From: a virus
Lineage: Duplodnaviria; Caudoviricetes
Length of the DNA stretch: 64,000 bases
Strand: one strand, 5' to 3'
IMG/VR virus record: IMGVR_UViG_3300037454_001182
Coordinates: 15,204-79,203 of that record
Each line of letters opens with the position of its first letter. Positions within the stretch are counted from its first letter, which is position 1. Of this stretch, positions 28,760 to 36,971 are shown in pieces. The notes under the pieces are model-generated. The model worked only from the letters and a program-made list of their open reading frames with translations, was not told the origin of the DNA and did not search any database. The translations under genes and the position numbers were made by a program.

Positions 28760-28900
28760 ACTAATCTTCAGTAAATTGGTTACAACTGTCGCCCCTCGAT
28801 GTGGAACGCTCATACTTATCTGAACTCTCATTCGTGCATTCGTAGTAGTGATAACCCATGCACTTCCAGAACTTGCAATTTTCGCAACAGTCTTTCATAA

Positions 28901-29254
28901 TCATGCCTCCCCATATAAGCGGTTAATGAACTTTTCCAGATAGCACTCATCTTTCATTTCAGACAATGGCTTCGGATTGTGGCAGATGTCTCTCTCAACA
29001 CCGCAACCCCAACTATTCTTCAAGTTCTGGAGTTCGGTAAGGCTGAAATACCCATACTCACATTCTCCATACCCATTGACTACGATTCCAAAAGCCAGAT
29101 TCTCTTTTAGGTCGGCTTCCAACACATACCAGGTATGCGCCCCACCAGTGAGGAAATACTTAACTACGCAAATGGCATTTTGCTTTTTGTCGCTCTGGGA
29201 GTACAGCGGAAATTTCGCTAACTCCTTTTCTACTTGTTTCGTGACTAATTTCAT
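28901..29254 (-). CDS. DUF2958-like protein
   Basis: VVKYFLTGGAHTWYVLE...EYGYFSLTEL...VERD motif. Confidence 0.75.
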   Translation of the reverse strand: MKLVTKQVEKELAKFPLYSQSDKKQNAICVVKYFLTGGAHTWYVLEADLKENLAFGIVVNGYGECEYGYFSLTELQNLKNSWGCGVERDICHNPKPLSEMKDECYLEKFINRLYGEA

Positions 29255-29276
29255 TGCTCTTACTGCTATGTGGTTA

Positions 29277-29561
29277 TTACTTTACTTCCAACTCATCCAG
29301 AGAGATTTCTTCAAAACTTCCTGGCCAGTTGTAGATGGGCGTTGTGTCAAATGCTCCATACTCTACTATCTCTAACTCATCGCCCTGTATCTCCCAGATG
29401 TCACCATTCTCATTACCATCACTATCCTCATACATGATGGCAATGTTAGTGAAATTGGCAGTCTCTTCAACATAGAGACCTGTGAACTCTAAACCATTTT
29501 CTTTGAGGTTGGCAATCAGTTCCTCGACCTTTGCTTTCAGTTGTGCTGTAATTGATTTCAT
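29277..29561 (-). CDS. Acidic hypothetical protein
   Basis: 94 aa, AGAGCA-ATG start. Confidence 0.65.
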   Translation of the reverse strand: MKSITAQLKAKVEELIANLKENGLEFTGLYVEETANFTNIAIMYEDSDGNENGDIWEIQGDELEIVEYGAFDTTPIYNWPGSFEEISLDELEVK

Positions 29562-29597
29562 TGCTCTTGAATTTTGAAAGTTATTATCTTTATTATT

Positions 29598-29676
29598 GTA
29601 CTACAAAGATAGCGTTTTTTTCTGAATTATCAAAACGAATGAACCTTTATTTTCAACTGACCAACTCTTTTTAACT
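29598..29676 (-). promoter_or_regulatory. Repeated promoter element, copy 4
   Basis: Same consensus as the other copies. Confidence 0.78.
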
Positions 29677-29683
29677 CTTGAAA

Positions 29684-29914
29684 TTAGAGATACTTTTGAG
29701 CGAGTATCACCTTTGCCTCTTCCAGTATGGAATCAGTATTGATGCCCAAACTCTGGTAGAACTGACCGCCACCGTTCAACGTCTCACTGGCTATCTGGAT
29801 GGTTCTGCGCTCATCACGGCTAAACCCCATTCGGAATGTCCGAAAGACAGCCAGAGCCTCGCGCATCCGGCCATCTTTCAGTAGGGCAACAGCTTTACTG
29901 GTTTTCGTTTCCAT
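29684..29914 (-). CDS. Hypothetical phage protein
   Basis: Start moved to METKTSKAV. Confidence 0.65.
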   Translation of the reverse strand: METKTSKAVALLKDGRMREALAVFRTFRMGFSRDERRTIQIASETLNGGGQFYQSLGINTDSILEEAKVILAQKYL

Positions 29915-30074
29915 GAACAACGTAGATTTCGTGACCCTCAAAGTCACCACTGTCTAACACTATCTCTGAGGCTTTCCACTGTGCTTCGACCTTATCCCAA
30001 GCCTCATCGGAACTATTGGCCTCGACCTCTACCGTTCTGGATAGGGTCTCAATGATTTTCACTTTGTACGTCAT
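29895..30074 (-). CDS. DpnD/PcfM-like small protein (59 aa, absent from the ORF track)
   Basis: Manual translation: MTYKVKIIETLSRTVEVEANSSDEAWDKVEAQWKASEIVLDSGDF... Confidence 0.7.
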   Translation of the reverse strand: MTYKVKIIETLSRTVEVEANSSDEAWDKVEAQWKASEIVLDSGDFEGHEIYVVHGNENQ

Positions 30075-30352
30075 AACTGCTTTTTATATGGGTCATAAAC
30101 TTCTTCAGTATGGGTAAACTCATACGGCTCACCGTCAATTCTCAACACTATTGCGCCATGTTCCAGAGCGGCCTCAACCGTATCAAATGGATAATCACAA
30201 CCATCAACATGACAATTATACTTATCCTCATACCATCTACCGGGACAATCAATCTGGAATGCTATGCGTTCCACTATCTTTCTGCCAGACTTGTACTGCG
30301 TTGTAATCCAGATGTGGTTATCTACAACTGGATGAACAATATATGTCTTCAT
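30071..30352 (-). CDS. Hypothetical protein
   Basis: 93 aa, translationally coupled. Confidence 0.6.
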   Translation of the reverse strand: MKTYIVHPVVDNHIWITTQYKSGRKIVERIAFQIDCPGRWYEDKYNCHVDGCDYPFDTVEAALEHGAIVLRIDGEPYEFTHTEEVYDPYKKQL

Positions 30353-30354
30353 AT

Positions 30355-30873
30355 CTAAAACGATGGGTCAATGTAATGTCTGCGGAAACCGACTGTCAGT
30401 GTCACACTACCGAACTTCTTAGGTTGGCCCTCTTCAACCCATTTGCCATTCTTGCGCAAGGTGAACGTGTGCTTTCCCATATACTCGGCAATGGAATCCA
30501 GAACCTTGTAACGGCCACCGTAGTAGTCTAAACATTCAGTCTCATTTTCCTGTACTATGATTTTCTTTGGACTTACAACCTCTACGATGGTCATAGCCCT
30601 GTGGTCACTCCAGAGGTTCATTGTGGCACCGAGGCCGACTTTCAATTCTGGATTGGATTCAGCAAACACCTCGGCTGCAACCTCCGGCCAATCTTCACGC
30701 TTCCATCTGGTCAGAAACTCATTCATAAAGTAGTCGAAGTCATAGCCATTCAACTTGCACACATCGGCATCATGGCGCATTTCTTCCAACTGGCTTTCTG
30801 TCAGTTCAATGGTGTAGGCTTTGCCATCCCACATCTTTGTTTTGGTCTTTACAACCGTTTCTTTTGTTTCCAT
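30355..30873 (-). CDS. Hypothetical protein
   Basis: 172 aa, AGAGCA-ATG start. Confidence 0.7.
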   Translation of the reverse strand: METKETVVKTKTKMWDGKAYTIELTESQLEEMRHDADVCKLNGYDFDYFMNEFLTRWKREDWPEVAAEVFAESNPELKVGLGATMNLWSDHRAMTIVEVVSPKKIIVQENETECLDYYGGRYKVLDSIAEYMGKHTFTLRKNGKWVEEGQPKKFGSVTLTVGFRRHYIDPSF

Positions 30874-30884
30874 TGCTCTTTGAT

Positions 30885-31208
30885 TTAGAATATTAACTTT
30901 CGTGCGATTGGGCAGTTGGCATACGCCTTGACCAATCTTTGCTCTTCTTTCTTGAATGCCCTGTTGTGGGTGGCGTTACCATCATTCTCAATGAGTATCT
31001 GGTGGGCTACCTCATGACAGAGTGCGTAGGCAGCACCGATACAGATTCTTGCGAGGTCTATGCTGATGGAATAAACACGCTTTCCAGAATAGGTGCAACA
31101 GGCACCGCCCTTTCCAACTCGCTTGAACCGCAAAGGCTTCTGGGTGATTTTCTCTGTCTGGCAGATGAACTTGTAAAGTTCTTGCAGGGTAAGCATATCT
31201 TTCTCCAT
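30885..31208 (-). CDS. SprT-like zinc metalloprotease-fold protein
   Basis: LCHEVAH (HExxH) followed by H.xxFK motif. Confidence 0.7.
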   Translation of the reverse strand: MEKDMLTLQELYKFICQTEKITQKPLRFKRVGKGGACCTYSGKRVYSISIDLARICIGAAYALCHEVAHQILIENDGNATHNRAFKKEEQRLVKAYANCPIARKLIF

Positions 31209-31220
31209 GACTTCGGGCGT

Positions 31221-31487
31221 TTAGAGTGAATCAATATATAAGTTCTTAACCTCTCCACTGGCAATCATTGAGGCAACTTTCTCATTGATTGCGTCCAGTC
31301 CGATGATGTCCTGGCTGTCATGCTGCTCAACCTTGATAAGATGAAACTGCCTGTCTGATTTCAGCAACTCAATCACGCATTCACCGTTGACGGTCTCAAT
31401 GACTATCTGCTGCTTCCAAGGGTCATACTGGTAAGCCATCTTATCGTACTTCTTTTGAAGTGACTTTGTTTCTTTTGTCTGTCTCAT
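31221..31487 (-). CDS. Hypothetical protein
   Basis: 88 aa, AGAGCA-ATG start. Confidence 0.65.
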   Translation of the reverse strand: MRQTKETKSLQKKYDKMAYQYDPWKQQIVIETVNGECVIELLKSDRQFHLIKVEQHDSQDIIGLDAINEKVASMIASGEVKNLYIDSL

Positions 31488-31508
31488 TGCTCTTATAGTT
31501 TGAATTTC

Positions 31509-31588
31509 TATACTGCAAAGATAGCGATTTTTTCTGAATTATCAAAACGGAAAACTCTTTATTTTCGCCTTGCCAACTCTTTTTAACC
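31509..31588 (-). promoter_or_regulatory. Repeated promoter element, copy 5
   Basis: Same consensus as the other copies. Confidence 0.8.
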
Positions 31589-31591
31589 AAT

Positions 31592-31663
31592 AAAAAAGGT
31601 GTGTCCTAACTTCACAGTCGAGACACACTAAGAGCAATGAAATCGTCAAAAGAAACGATTTCG
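31592..31663 (-). ncRNA. Candidate sRNA-2 carrying AUUUCAUUGCUCUUAGUGUGU (antisense to AGAGCA-AUG starts)
   Basis: -7 box TAATTTTG at 31668-31675; 5' hairpin GAAATCGT/ACGATTTC; unpaired seed; terminator GTGTGTC/GACACAC plus T6. Confidence 0.65.
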
Positions 31664-31705
31664 GCTGCAAAATTACAAAATAATATTCAAACCATCTAAT
31701 TTTTG

Positions 31706-33217
31706 CTACAAAATATCTTTCTCAATATCTTCATCGTCTGAAAAATCGTAGTCACGCGGATAGAACGTGTTGGCCAACGCATCGAATTTGTCTGGTGAAC
31801 GCTTCAACCGCTTCTTTATATCATCCTTGCTCTCCATGATGATACTACCGTTACTCTGGAACTTCCAGTGTATTTCTGTGGCTTCCTCAATCAAGCCATC
31901 GTCTGGAGGCAGTGCCGGATTAAAGCCGTTCTTTGGATTTAGCCAGTCACGGACTGCCCAGAACAGGTAAGCCCTCATGTTGGCAAAGGTGTACTGCTCT
32001 GTGATGTCGGACAGCCCTTTCGTACCCTCAGAGAACTTGCACGAATAGGCATTGGAATACTCCAACTCTTCCAGTCTGGAATAGACACCTGCACCCTCTC
32101 CGATGGTGTCAATGAAAGCCTTTGCGTCTGGGTCTGCAAGATAGGGCGTAGTCATTCCGACAACGTGCATGTGGTCGGCCTTTCCACCAGACTGATGCAC
32201 CTTGATTTCTGGAACCCATGAGCCATAGCGAGGCAGCAGAATACTATTGTCACGACCCATACCTGCGACATCGACACCGAGACGGACGGACTTCTTTGTA
32301 GTGAATCCAGATTCTTTCAACTCGTACCACCGTCTGTTTGCCAGTTCCACCCACTCGTAAGGTATGAGTATATCTTCTGCGGCTTTCGGGAACATGCCCA
32401 ACACCTTGACCCTAAACAGGTCATTCGGACGGTACATCTTGCCCTCCCAGAAGAAATCACCCTGCCCCTCATCAAACTCTTCCGGCCTAATCGGTGTGGC
32501 CCAATTCTCCACCTTATCCTTGACCCACTCATAATCGACCTGCCCAGGAATGACATTACGCTTCTTTACCACATTCTCAGCATTGAGCGAGTTTAGTCTG
32601 AACTTGTTGAATCGGCCAGACTTCATAGCCTTGGCCGCATATCCAGTTGTGATGTTCGGGTTAAAGACGATCAACAACCGCGAATTACCCTGCAAGTTAC
32701 CCTCAATGGCATTGAACGTGTTTTCAGAGATACCCGATGCCTCGGTGACAATAAACATGGTATTGACTGCATGGAATCCAGACCACGCCTCGGTGTTATC
32801 CTCGGAACTCTTGAATCCTGTCAAGTACCACTCATCATAATTGGTACGGATGCCGTTAGAAAGCAAACGACCGGGCAGGAACTTTGCAGTACGGAACAGA
32901 CGCGCCACCTCTGGAATCATAATGTCCTTTACCTGTCTGCCAGTGGGTGCGGTCATTGCTATCTTGGTATTGCCTACGAGGTTGCCATCCTTGAATCTGG
33001 GTGTGAGATACATAAAACACATCGCAGCGCAAGCGGCCACATAGTCCTTTCCTCTGGCAGTACCAGAGGCTACGGCTGTCATGGGATTGTGCTGCACCGA
33101 AGAAAGTATTGCCTGTTGCTCTTTGTCGAGATTGGCACGCAATACGTCTCTGGCAAACAGATTCCAGTCGGCTTGCCATTTCTTCAGTTGGTGCTGTGCT
33201 TTTCTGTTGTCTATCAT
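31706..33217 (-). CDS. terL: Terminase large subunit
   Basis: Walker A-like SGTARGKD, Walker B FIVTEASG, nuclease motifs GVDVAGMGRD and SPDKFDALA. Confidence 0.93.
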   Translation of the reverse strand: MIDNRKAQHQLKKWQADWNLFARDVLRANLDKEQQAILSSVQHNPMTAVASGTARGKDYVAACAAMCFMYLTPRFKDGNLVGNTKIAMTAPTGRQVKDIMIPEVARLFRTAKFLPGRLLSNGIRTNYDEWYLTGFKSSEDNTEAWSGFHAVNTMFIVTEASGISENTFNAIEGNLQGNSRLLIVFNPNITTGYAAKAMKSGRFNKFRLNSLNAENVVKKRNVIPGQVDYEWVKDKVENWATPIRPEEFDEGQGDFFWEGKMYRPNDLFRVKVLGMFPKAAEDILIPYEWVELANRRWYELKESGFTTKKSVRLGVDVAGMGRDNSILLPRYGSWVPEIKVHQSGGKADHMHVVGMTTPYLADPDAKAFIDTIGEGAGVYSRLEELEYSNAYSCKFSEGTKGLSDITEQYTFANMRAYLFWAVRDWLNPKNGFNPALPPDDGLIEEATEIHWKFQSNGSIIMESKDDIKKRLKRSPDKFDALANTFYPRDYDFSDDEDIEKDIL

Positions 33218-33594
33218 TCTTCTGAATCTTCATCGTCTGGCATTTCTCGCAACAGTTTCTCAAAGGCATTCACATCTACCTCATTCTCCATACGCTCAAT
33301 GTAACCACGTTTCTTGCCCTTGGTCTTTAGGTAGAATATGATGGCCGTAGGATTCTCATTGCGAATTAGGGACAGCAACTTACTCTCTGCATAGTCCAGA
33401 TTGGATTCGTTCACCTCTTCCACGGCATCGGCAAACTCTGGATTCTTCATCCAGTTATAGTACGTCTGACGCGACACCTTGACTTTGGCACACGCTCCAG
33501 TCACGTTTCCGAGTGACAGCTTCAACGCTTCAAGGAAACGGTTCTGCTCCTTAGAGAGATTTTCATACTTCAACTTCTTAACCGCCATGCTCAA
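33214..33594 (-). CDS. terS: Terminase small subunit
   Basis: HTH region (GNVTGACAKVKVSRQTYYNW) and AIIFYLKTKGKKRGY; directly upstream of terL. Confidence 0.85.
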   Translation of the reverse strand: MSMAVKKLKYENLSKEQNRFLEALKLSLGNVTGACAKVKVSRQTYYNWMKNPEFADAVEEVNESNLDYAESKLLSLIRNENPTAIIFYLKTKGKKRGYIERMENEVDVNAFEKLLREMPDDEDSEE

Positions 33595-34348
33595 AAATTG
33601 ATTTCAGTCCTACTCGATAATTACGGTACGTTAGCGGAACTGTGAACATCTGACGGTCAACGTCCTGTGTCACGTTGTCGCGCTCTCTGGGATGAGGGTC
33701 ATAGAGGATGCGCACACCATTGTACTTCGCCACCTCTTCGGCAAAATCGGCTATTCTGGTAGGCTCATAGTTCACCACGTTTACTACTTGATGATGGTAG
33801 CCCAACGCGGCAATAAGCCCATCCGTGGCATCGTCTATGTGTGTAAAACAGCGGATATTCTCACCGTTGTTATACAGGGTCACTTCTGGGTTATTCATCA
33901 AGACGTGTAACAGGGTGCCAGAACGCGGTTCTGAGCCATAGACGTTATGCAGTCTTACCCCTGTCGCGTTCTTGGCGTAGAGTGCTGCAAACTGCTCATC
34001 GAAACGCTTACTCAACCCATAGAGTGAGGTAGTGTTGCCATCGTTGGCGGTTGAGGATGAGGCATACACCAACGGCACATTATGCCTGTTACACTGCTCC
34101 ACCACCTCGATAAATGTCACGATGTTATCATCTGCAATCTGGCGCAGGTCATTGTTAAACACGCTTGTCTGTGCTGCAAGGTGGAACACCCCTACAACAT
34201 CACCATCCAGATAGTCACCAATACCTTTTGCCTCAATGCCGAGGTGACGGTCTATCCGTATCACCTCGACATTCTTTCTGGATTCCAGTTTCTTGCAAAG
34301 GGCTTTGCCAATGAAGCCCTCACTTCCTGTCACTACGACTTTATCCAT
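33578..34348 (-). CDS. NAD-dependent nucleotide-sugar epimerase/dehydratase
   Basis: GSEGFIG Rossmann motif, YASSS, YGLSK (YxxxK), RLHNVYG. Confidence 0.88.
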   Translation of the reverse strand: MDKVVVTGSEGFIGKALCKKLESRKNVEVIRIDRHLGIEAKGIGDYLDGDVVGVFHLAAQTSVFNNDLRQIADDNIVTFIEVVEQCNRHNVPLVYASSSTANDGNTTSLYGLSKRFDEQFAALYAKNATGVRLHNVYGSEPRSGTLLHVLMNNPEVTLYNNGENIRCFTHIDDATDGLIAALGYHHQVVNVVNYEPTRIADFAEEVAKYNGVRILYDPHPRERDNVTQDVDRQMFTVPLTYRNYRVGLKSIFEHGG

Positions 34349-34355
34349 ATACTAA

Positions 34356-34892
34356 CTATTGAAAGAAATCATCAAAGAGGCCCAACTGTCGCGGCTTCAA
34401 CGCCTCGAACTCTTCTCTGAAGAACTGGTCTTTGGTGCGCCCCATCATCTTACCCTTGCGAGTGTGAACATCGTAGGTGTATTCTGGAATGGGAATCGGG
34501 TACCGTCTGGCATCTTCGAGCCATGCGTCCACATTCTCCAGTCGGTTCTGGTCATAGACAAGATTCTGCAAGTGGTCTGCATCACGGCTTTTGCGACACT
34601 CACACAGGAGCAGAACGGCCTTACTGACGAACACCCTGCCTTTCGGCACAGGTTGTTTCTTGTTTACTAACTCATGGCCCTGCCATAACGCCTCAATCTC
34701 TTGGGTGATGAGGCCGTAGCAGTCTTCCGCGCTTATCGTGTATAGTCTCTTCCAGACATAATCACGGTAGCCTGAATGCCATAATTCCAGGGCGAAATAC
34801 CCTGCTGTTCGTGCGTCTGCTCTACGAATGGCCTTTTGCATGGCTGATGATACTTCGTAGAAATCGTAACCTTTAACTGTTCTTAATTCCAT
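34356..34892 (-). CDS. RarA/MgsA C-terminal-like domain protein
   Basis: YEVSSAMQKAIRR...RLYTISAEDC motif; no AAA+ core; C-terminal QLGLF. Confidence 0.7.
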   Translation of the reverse strand: MELRTVKGYDFYEVSSAMQKAIRRADARTAGYFALELWHSGYRDYVWKRLYTISAEDCYGLITQEIEALWQGHELVNKKQPVPKGRVFVSKAVLLLCECRKSRDADHLQNLVYDQNRLENVDAWLEDARRYPIPIPEYTYDVHTRKGKMMGRTKDQFFREEFEALKPRQLGLFDDFFQ

Positions 34893-34987
34893 TGCTCTTA
34901 CTTTTGGTTTTGTTATTCTTGTTTTCTAACAGTAAAGTTAGTCATTTTTAGCGAGATATGCAAATTTTCAAACTTCTTTTTCATCGT

Positions 34988-35749
34988 TCAAAACCTAAAA
35001 TTTGTTATGATGTTGTATTGTACTTTGTTGATGGTCTTTTCAGAACCATTCGACCCTTGCCCTTTCAGTTGGATGGCTTCACCGAACATCTTACGCATGA
35101 AGAGGATGCTACGCCTTTCCTCATCATGGTTACGAATCTCGGACAAACCACCTGCATTGACAAAGGTGTCTTTCTGGACGAACGTATAACGCTCATCTGT
35201 CAGTATGCGCCTTTCCTTGAACTTCATATAACAGGAAATCCAGAAATCTTCTTTCAACTTCAACTCTTCATTCCACCAGACGTTTTCATTGAAGCGGACA
35301 CCATACGAGCAACCTGTAATCTGTCTGGTGAATGAGAGGTAACACTGCTCATCATACTGTACTGGTGTCTTTCGGTTGGTGTAACCCCAACAGTGAACAT
35401 CAAGCATTTCTGCCAGTTCGTGCAACTCTTCGACTATGCGCTGCACCTCATTGGGGTCTTTGATATTGCACTTCTCGCCTTTCTCATTGTAGAGTTTCTT
35501 GAACTGAAAGACATCATCATCGACCATGAACAAATCTCCGAAATGCCGTGCCATCCAGTTACGCTTCGGGATAAGCCCTACTACATCGTCTGGATGGGTC
35601 ACAATCTCACACTCTGGATTGAAACGCCTATACTGTTCCGCTTGGCTTTCGGCCACGCAGATAATGGGCGAGGGGAACAGCTTCTTTGCTACCACTCTAT
35701 CCCACCGCTTATGACTGGGTATGACTATCTTCAAGGGCATGGCGCACAT
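34988..35749 (-). CDS. GT-A fold glycosyltransferase (TET-associated/GREB1-like)
   Basis: IVIPSHKR, KRNWM, MVDDDV (DxD), KEDFW, NAGG motifs. Confidence 0.75.
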   Translation of the reverse strand: MCAMPLKIVIPSHKRWDRVVAKKLFPSPIICVAESQAEQYRRFNPECEIVTHPDDVVGLIPKRNWMARHFGDLFMVDDDVFQFKKLYNEKGEKCNIKDPNEVQRIVEELHELAEMLDVHCWGYTNRKTPVQYDEQCYLSFTRQITGCSYGVRFNENVWWNEELKLKEDFWISCYMKFKERRILTDERYTFVQKDTFVNAGGLSEIRNHDEERRSILFMRKMFGEAIQLKGQGSNGSEKTINKVQYNIITNFRF

Positions 35750-36386
35750 CTTCTATACTGATAACATTTGACTTGCACAAACGACCGCTCTTATATGATT
35801 TCATCCTCTGCATACCCAACTTCTCACGGAGCCAGTTAGAATCGACCTCATTTGAACTATGTATGATGAACAACTCGTGTTTCTCATCATACTTGGGAAT
35901 CATCGGGTAAACGGCATCTTCATCCTTGATGTTGTTGAACCTCTTTTCAAAGGCATCTTTCTTCTTTTCCTCTGGCAGTTCAACACCCCAACCCATCAAC
36001 TCATCTGGGTTCCAGTCATTCATCATGGCTTCGATGTCATTCTCACCAAAGGAAACATTGTCTTTGGATGCGTACTCACGCAACTTTGCAGCAGTAGTCT
36101 CTTTAGGCAGTATCTTGACTGGAACCTCCTTAAATCCCAACTCCCTGCATGCGCGAAGTCTGAGGTTTCCGCAAACGGCTACCAGGACATCATCAACAGG
36201 GTACGCGATAATCTCACGAAGAGACAGCATTTCGGGTGATTCCTCGATGCTTTTCTTCATCAACTTGTAACGCAAATCTCGGACAAAACGAGGGTTCTTT
36301 GGTACTCCCTCTATCTGTCCTGTATTGTACTGCAACCGAGACACTTCAACGATTGACAGTGGTATTGCCTTAAATTCTCTCTGCAT
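35709..36386 (-). CDS. ParB/Srx N-terminal domain protein
   Basis: PKNPRFVRD, VCGNLRLRACRELG, KDNVSFGE; start moved downstream of the promoter (MQREFK). Confidence 0.8.
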   Translation of the reverse strand: MQREFKAIPLSIVEVSRLQYNTGQIEGVPKNPRFVRDLRYKLMKKSIEESPEMLSLREIIAYPVDDVLVAVCGNLRLRACRELGFKEVPVKILPKETTAAKLREYASKDNVSFGENDIEAMMNDWNPDELMGWGVELPEEKKKDAFEKRFNNIKDEDAVYPMIPKYDEKHELFIIHSSNEVDSNWLREKLGMQRMKSYKSGRLCKSNVISIEDVRHALEDSHTQS

Positions 36387-36413
36387 ATTTGAACTTATTT
36401 TGTAATTTGGGGG

Positions 36414-36457
36414 CAAAGGTACAAAAATTTCTCTTAATTCTATTTGAATAACAAATA
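36414..36457 (-). promoter_or_regulatory. Promoter of the ParB-terminase operon with operator copy 4 (36441-36457)
   Basis: TACCTTTG at 36414-36421; exact 17-bp palindrome upstream. Confidence 0.7.
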
Positions 36458-36491
36458 AATTTGCCAATTTTAGCGTGATAGTGTACTCTTT

Positions 36492-36710
36492 TCACATGTC
36501 AAAGAGGTCTAATTGCACCGCCTTTGGCTTCGGTGGGTGGTTACAGGCGATGCAACCGTTATGCTCATTGCACCACTCATAGCGGATGAAGTAGGGGCAT
36601 CGGTTGTGACCGCCACCAGAGTAACAGACATCATTCTGGAGGTCTCTCTCACCAAAAGGACACTTAACCTGTTCCTTTGGGATGAATGCGTTTGGTACAT
36701 AGGTAATCAT
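36492..36710 (-). CDS. Cys-rich protein with C-terminal QLDLF motif
   Basis: 72 aa; ends AVQLDLFDM. Confidence 0.6.
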   Translation of the reverse strand: MITYVPNAFIPKEQVKCPFGERDLQNDVCYSGGGHNRCPYFIRYEWCNEHNGCIACNHPPKPKAVQLDLFDM

Positions 36711-36713
36711 AAC

Positions 36714-36971
36714 TCAAAAACTAAATGACAGTTGTATTGGTTGTGAATGATGGGTGGCTTTCGTTCTCGCATAGATGGAACACTCATTCCTGTATGCACA
36801 TCTTCCGGCCTTGGCCTCAGAGAAACGCAACGCCCACAAATCTTGTCTGTCAAGCGTTAGTTGCTCCTTGCTCTCATTCATAATGAAGCCTACAAGTTTC
36901 ATGCAGAAAAACCCTTTGTCGGTTGACTTTTCATCTACCAGTTCTATAAGTCCGTTCCCTACTGGTCTCAT
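36714..36971 (-). CDS. Hypothetical protein
   Basis: 85 aa; ends IQLSFSF. Confidence 0.6.
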   Translation of the reverse strand: MRPVGNGLIELVDEKSTDKGFFCMKLVGFIMNESKEQLTLDRQDLWALRFSEAKAGRCAYRNECSIYARTKATHHSQPIQLSFSF

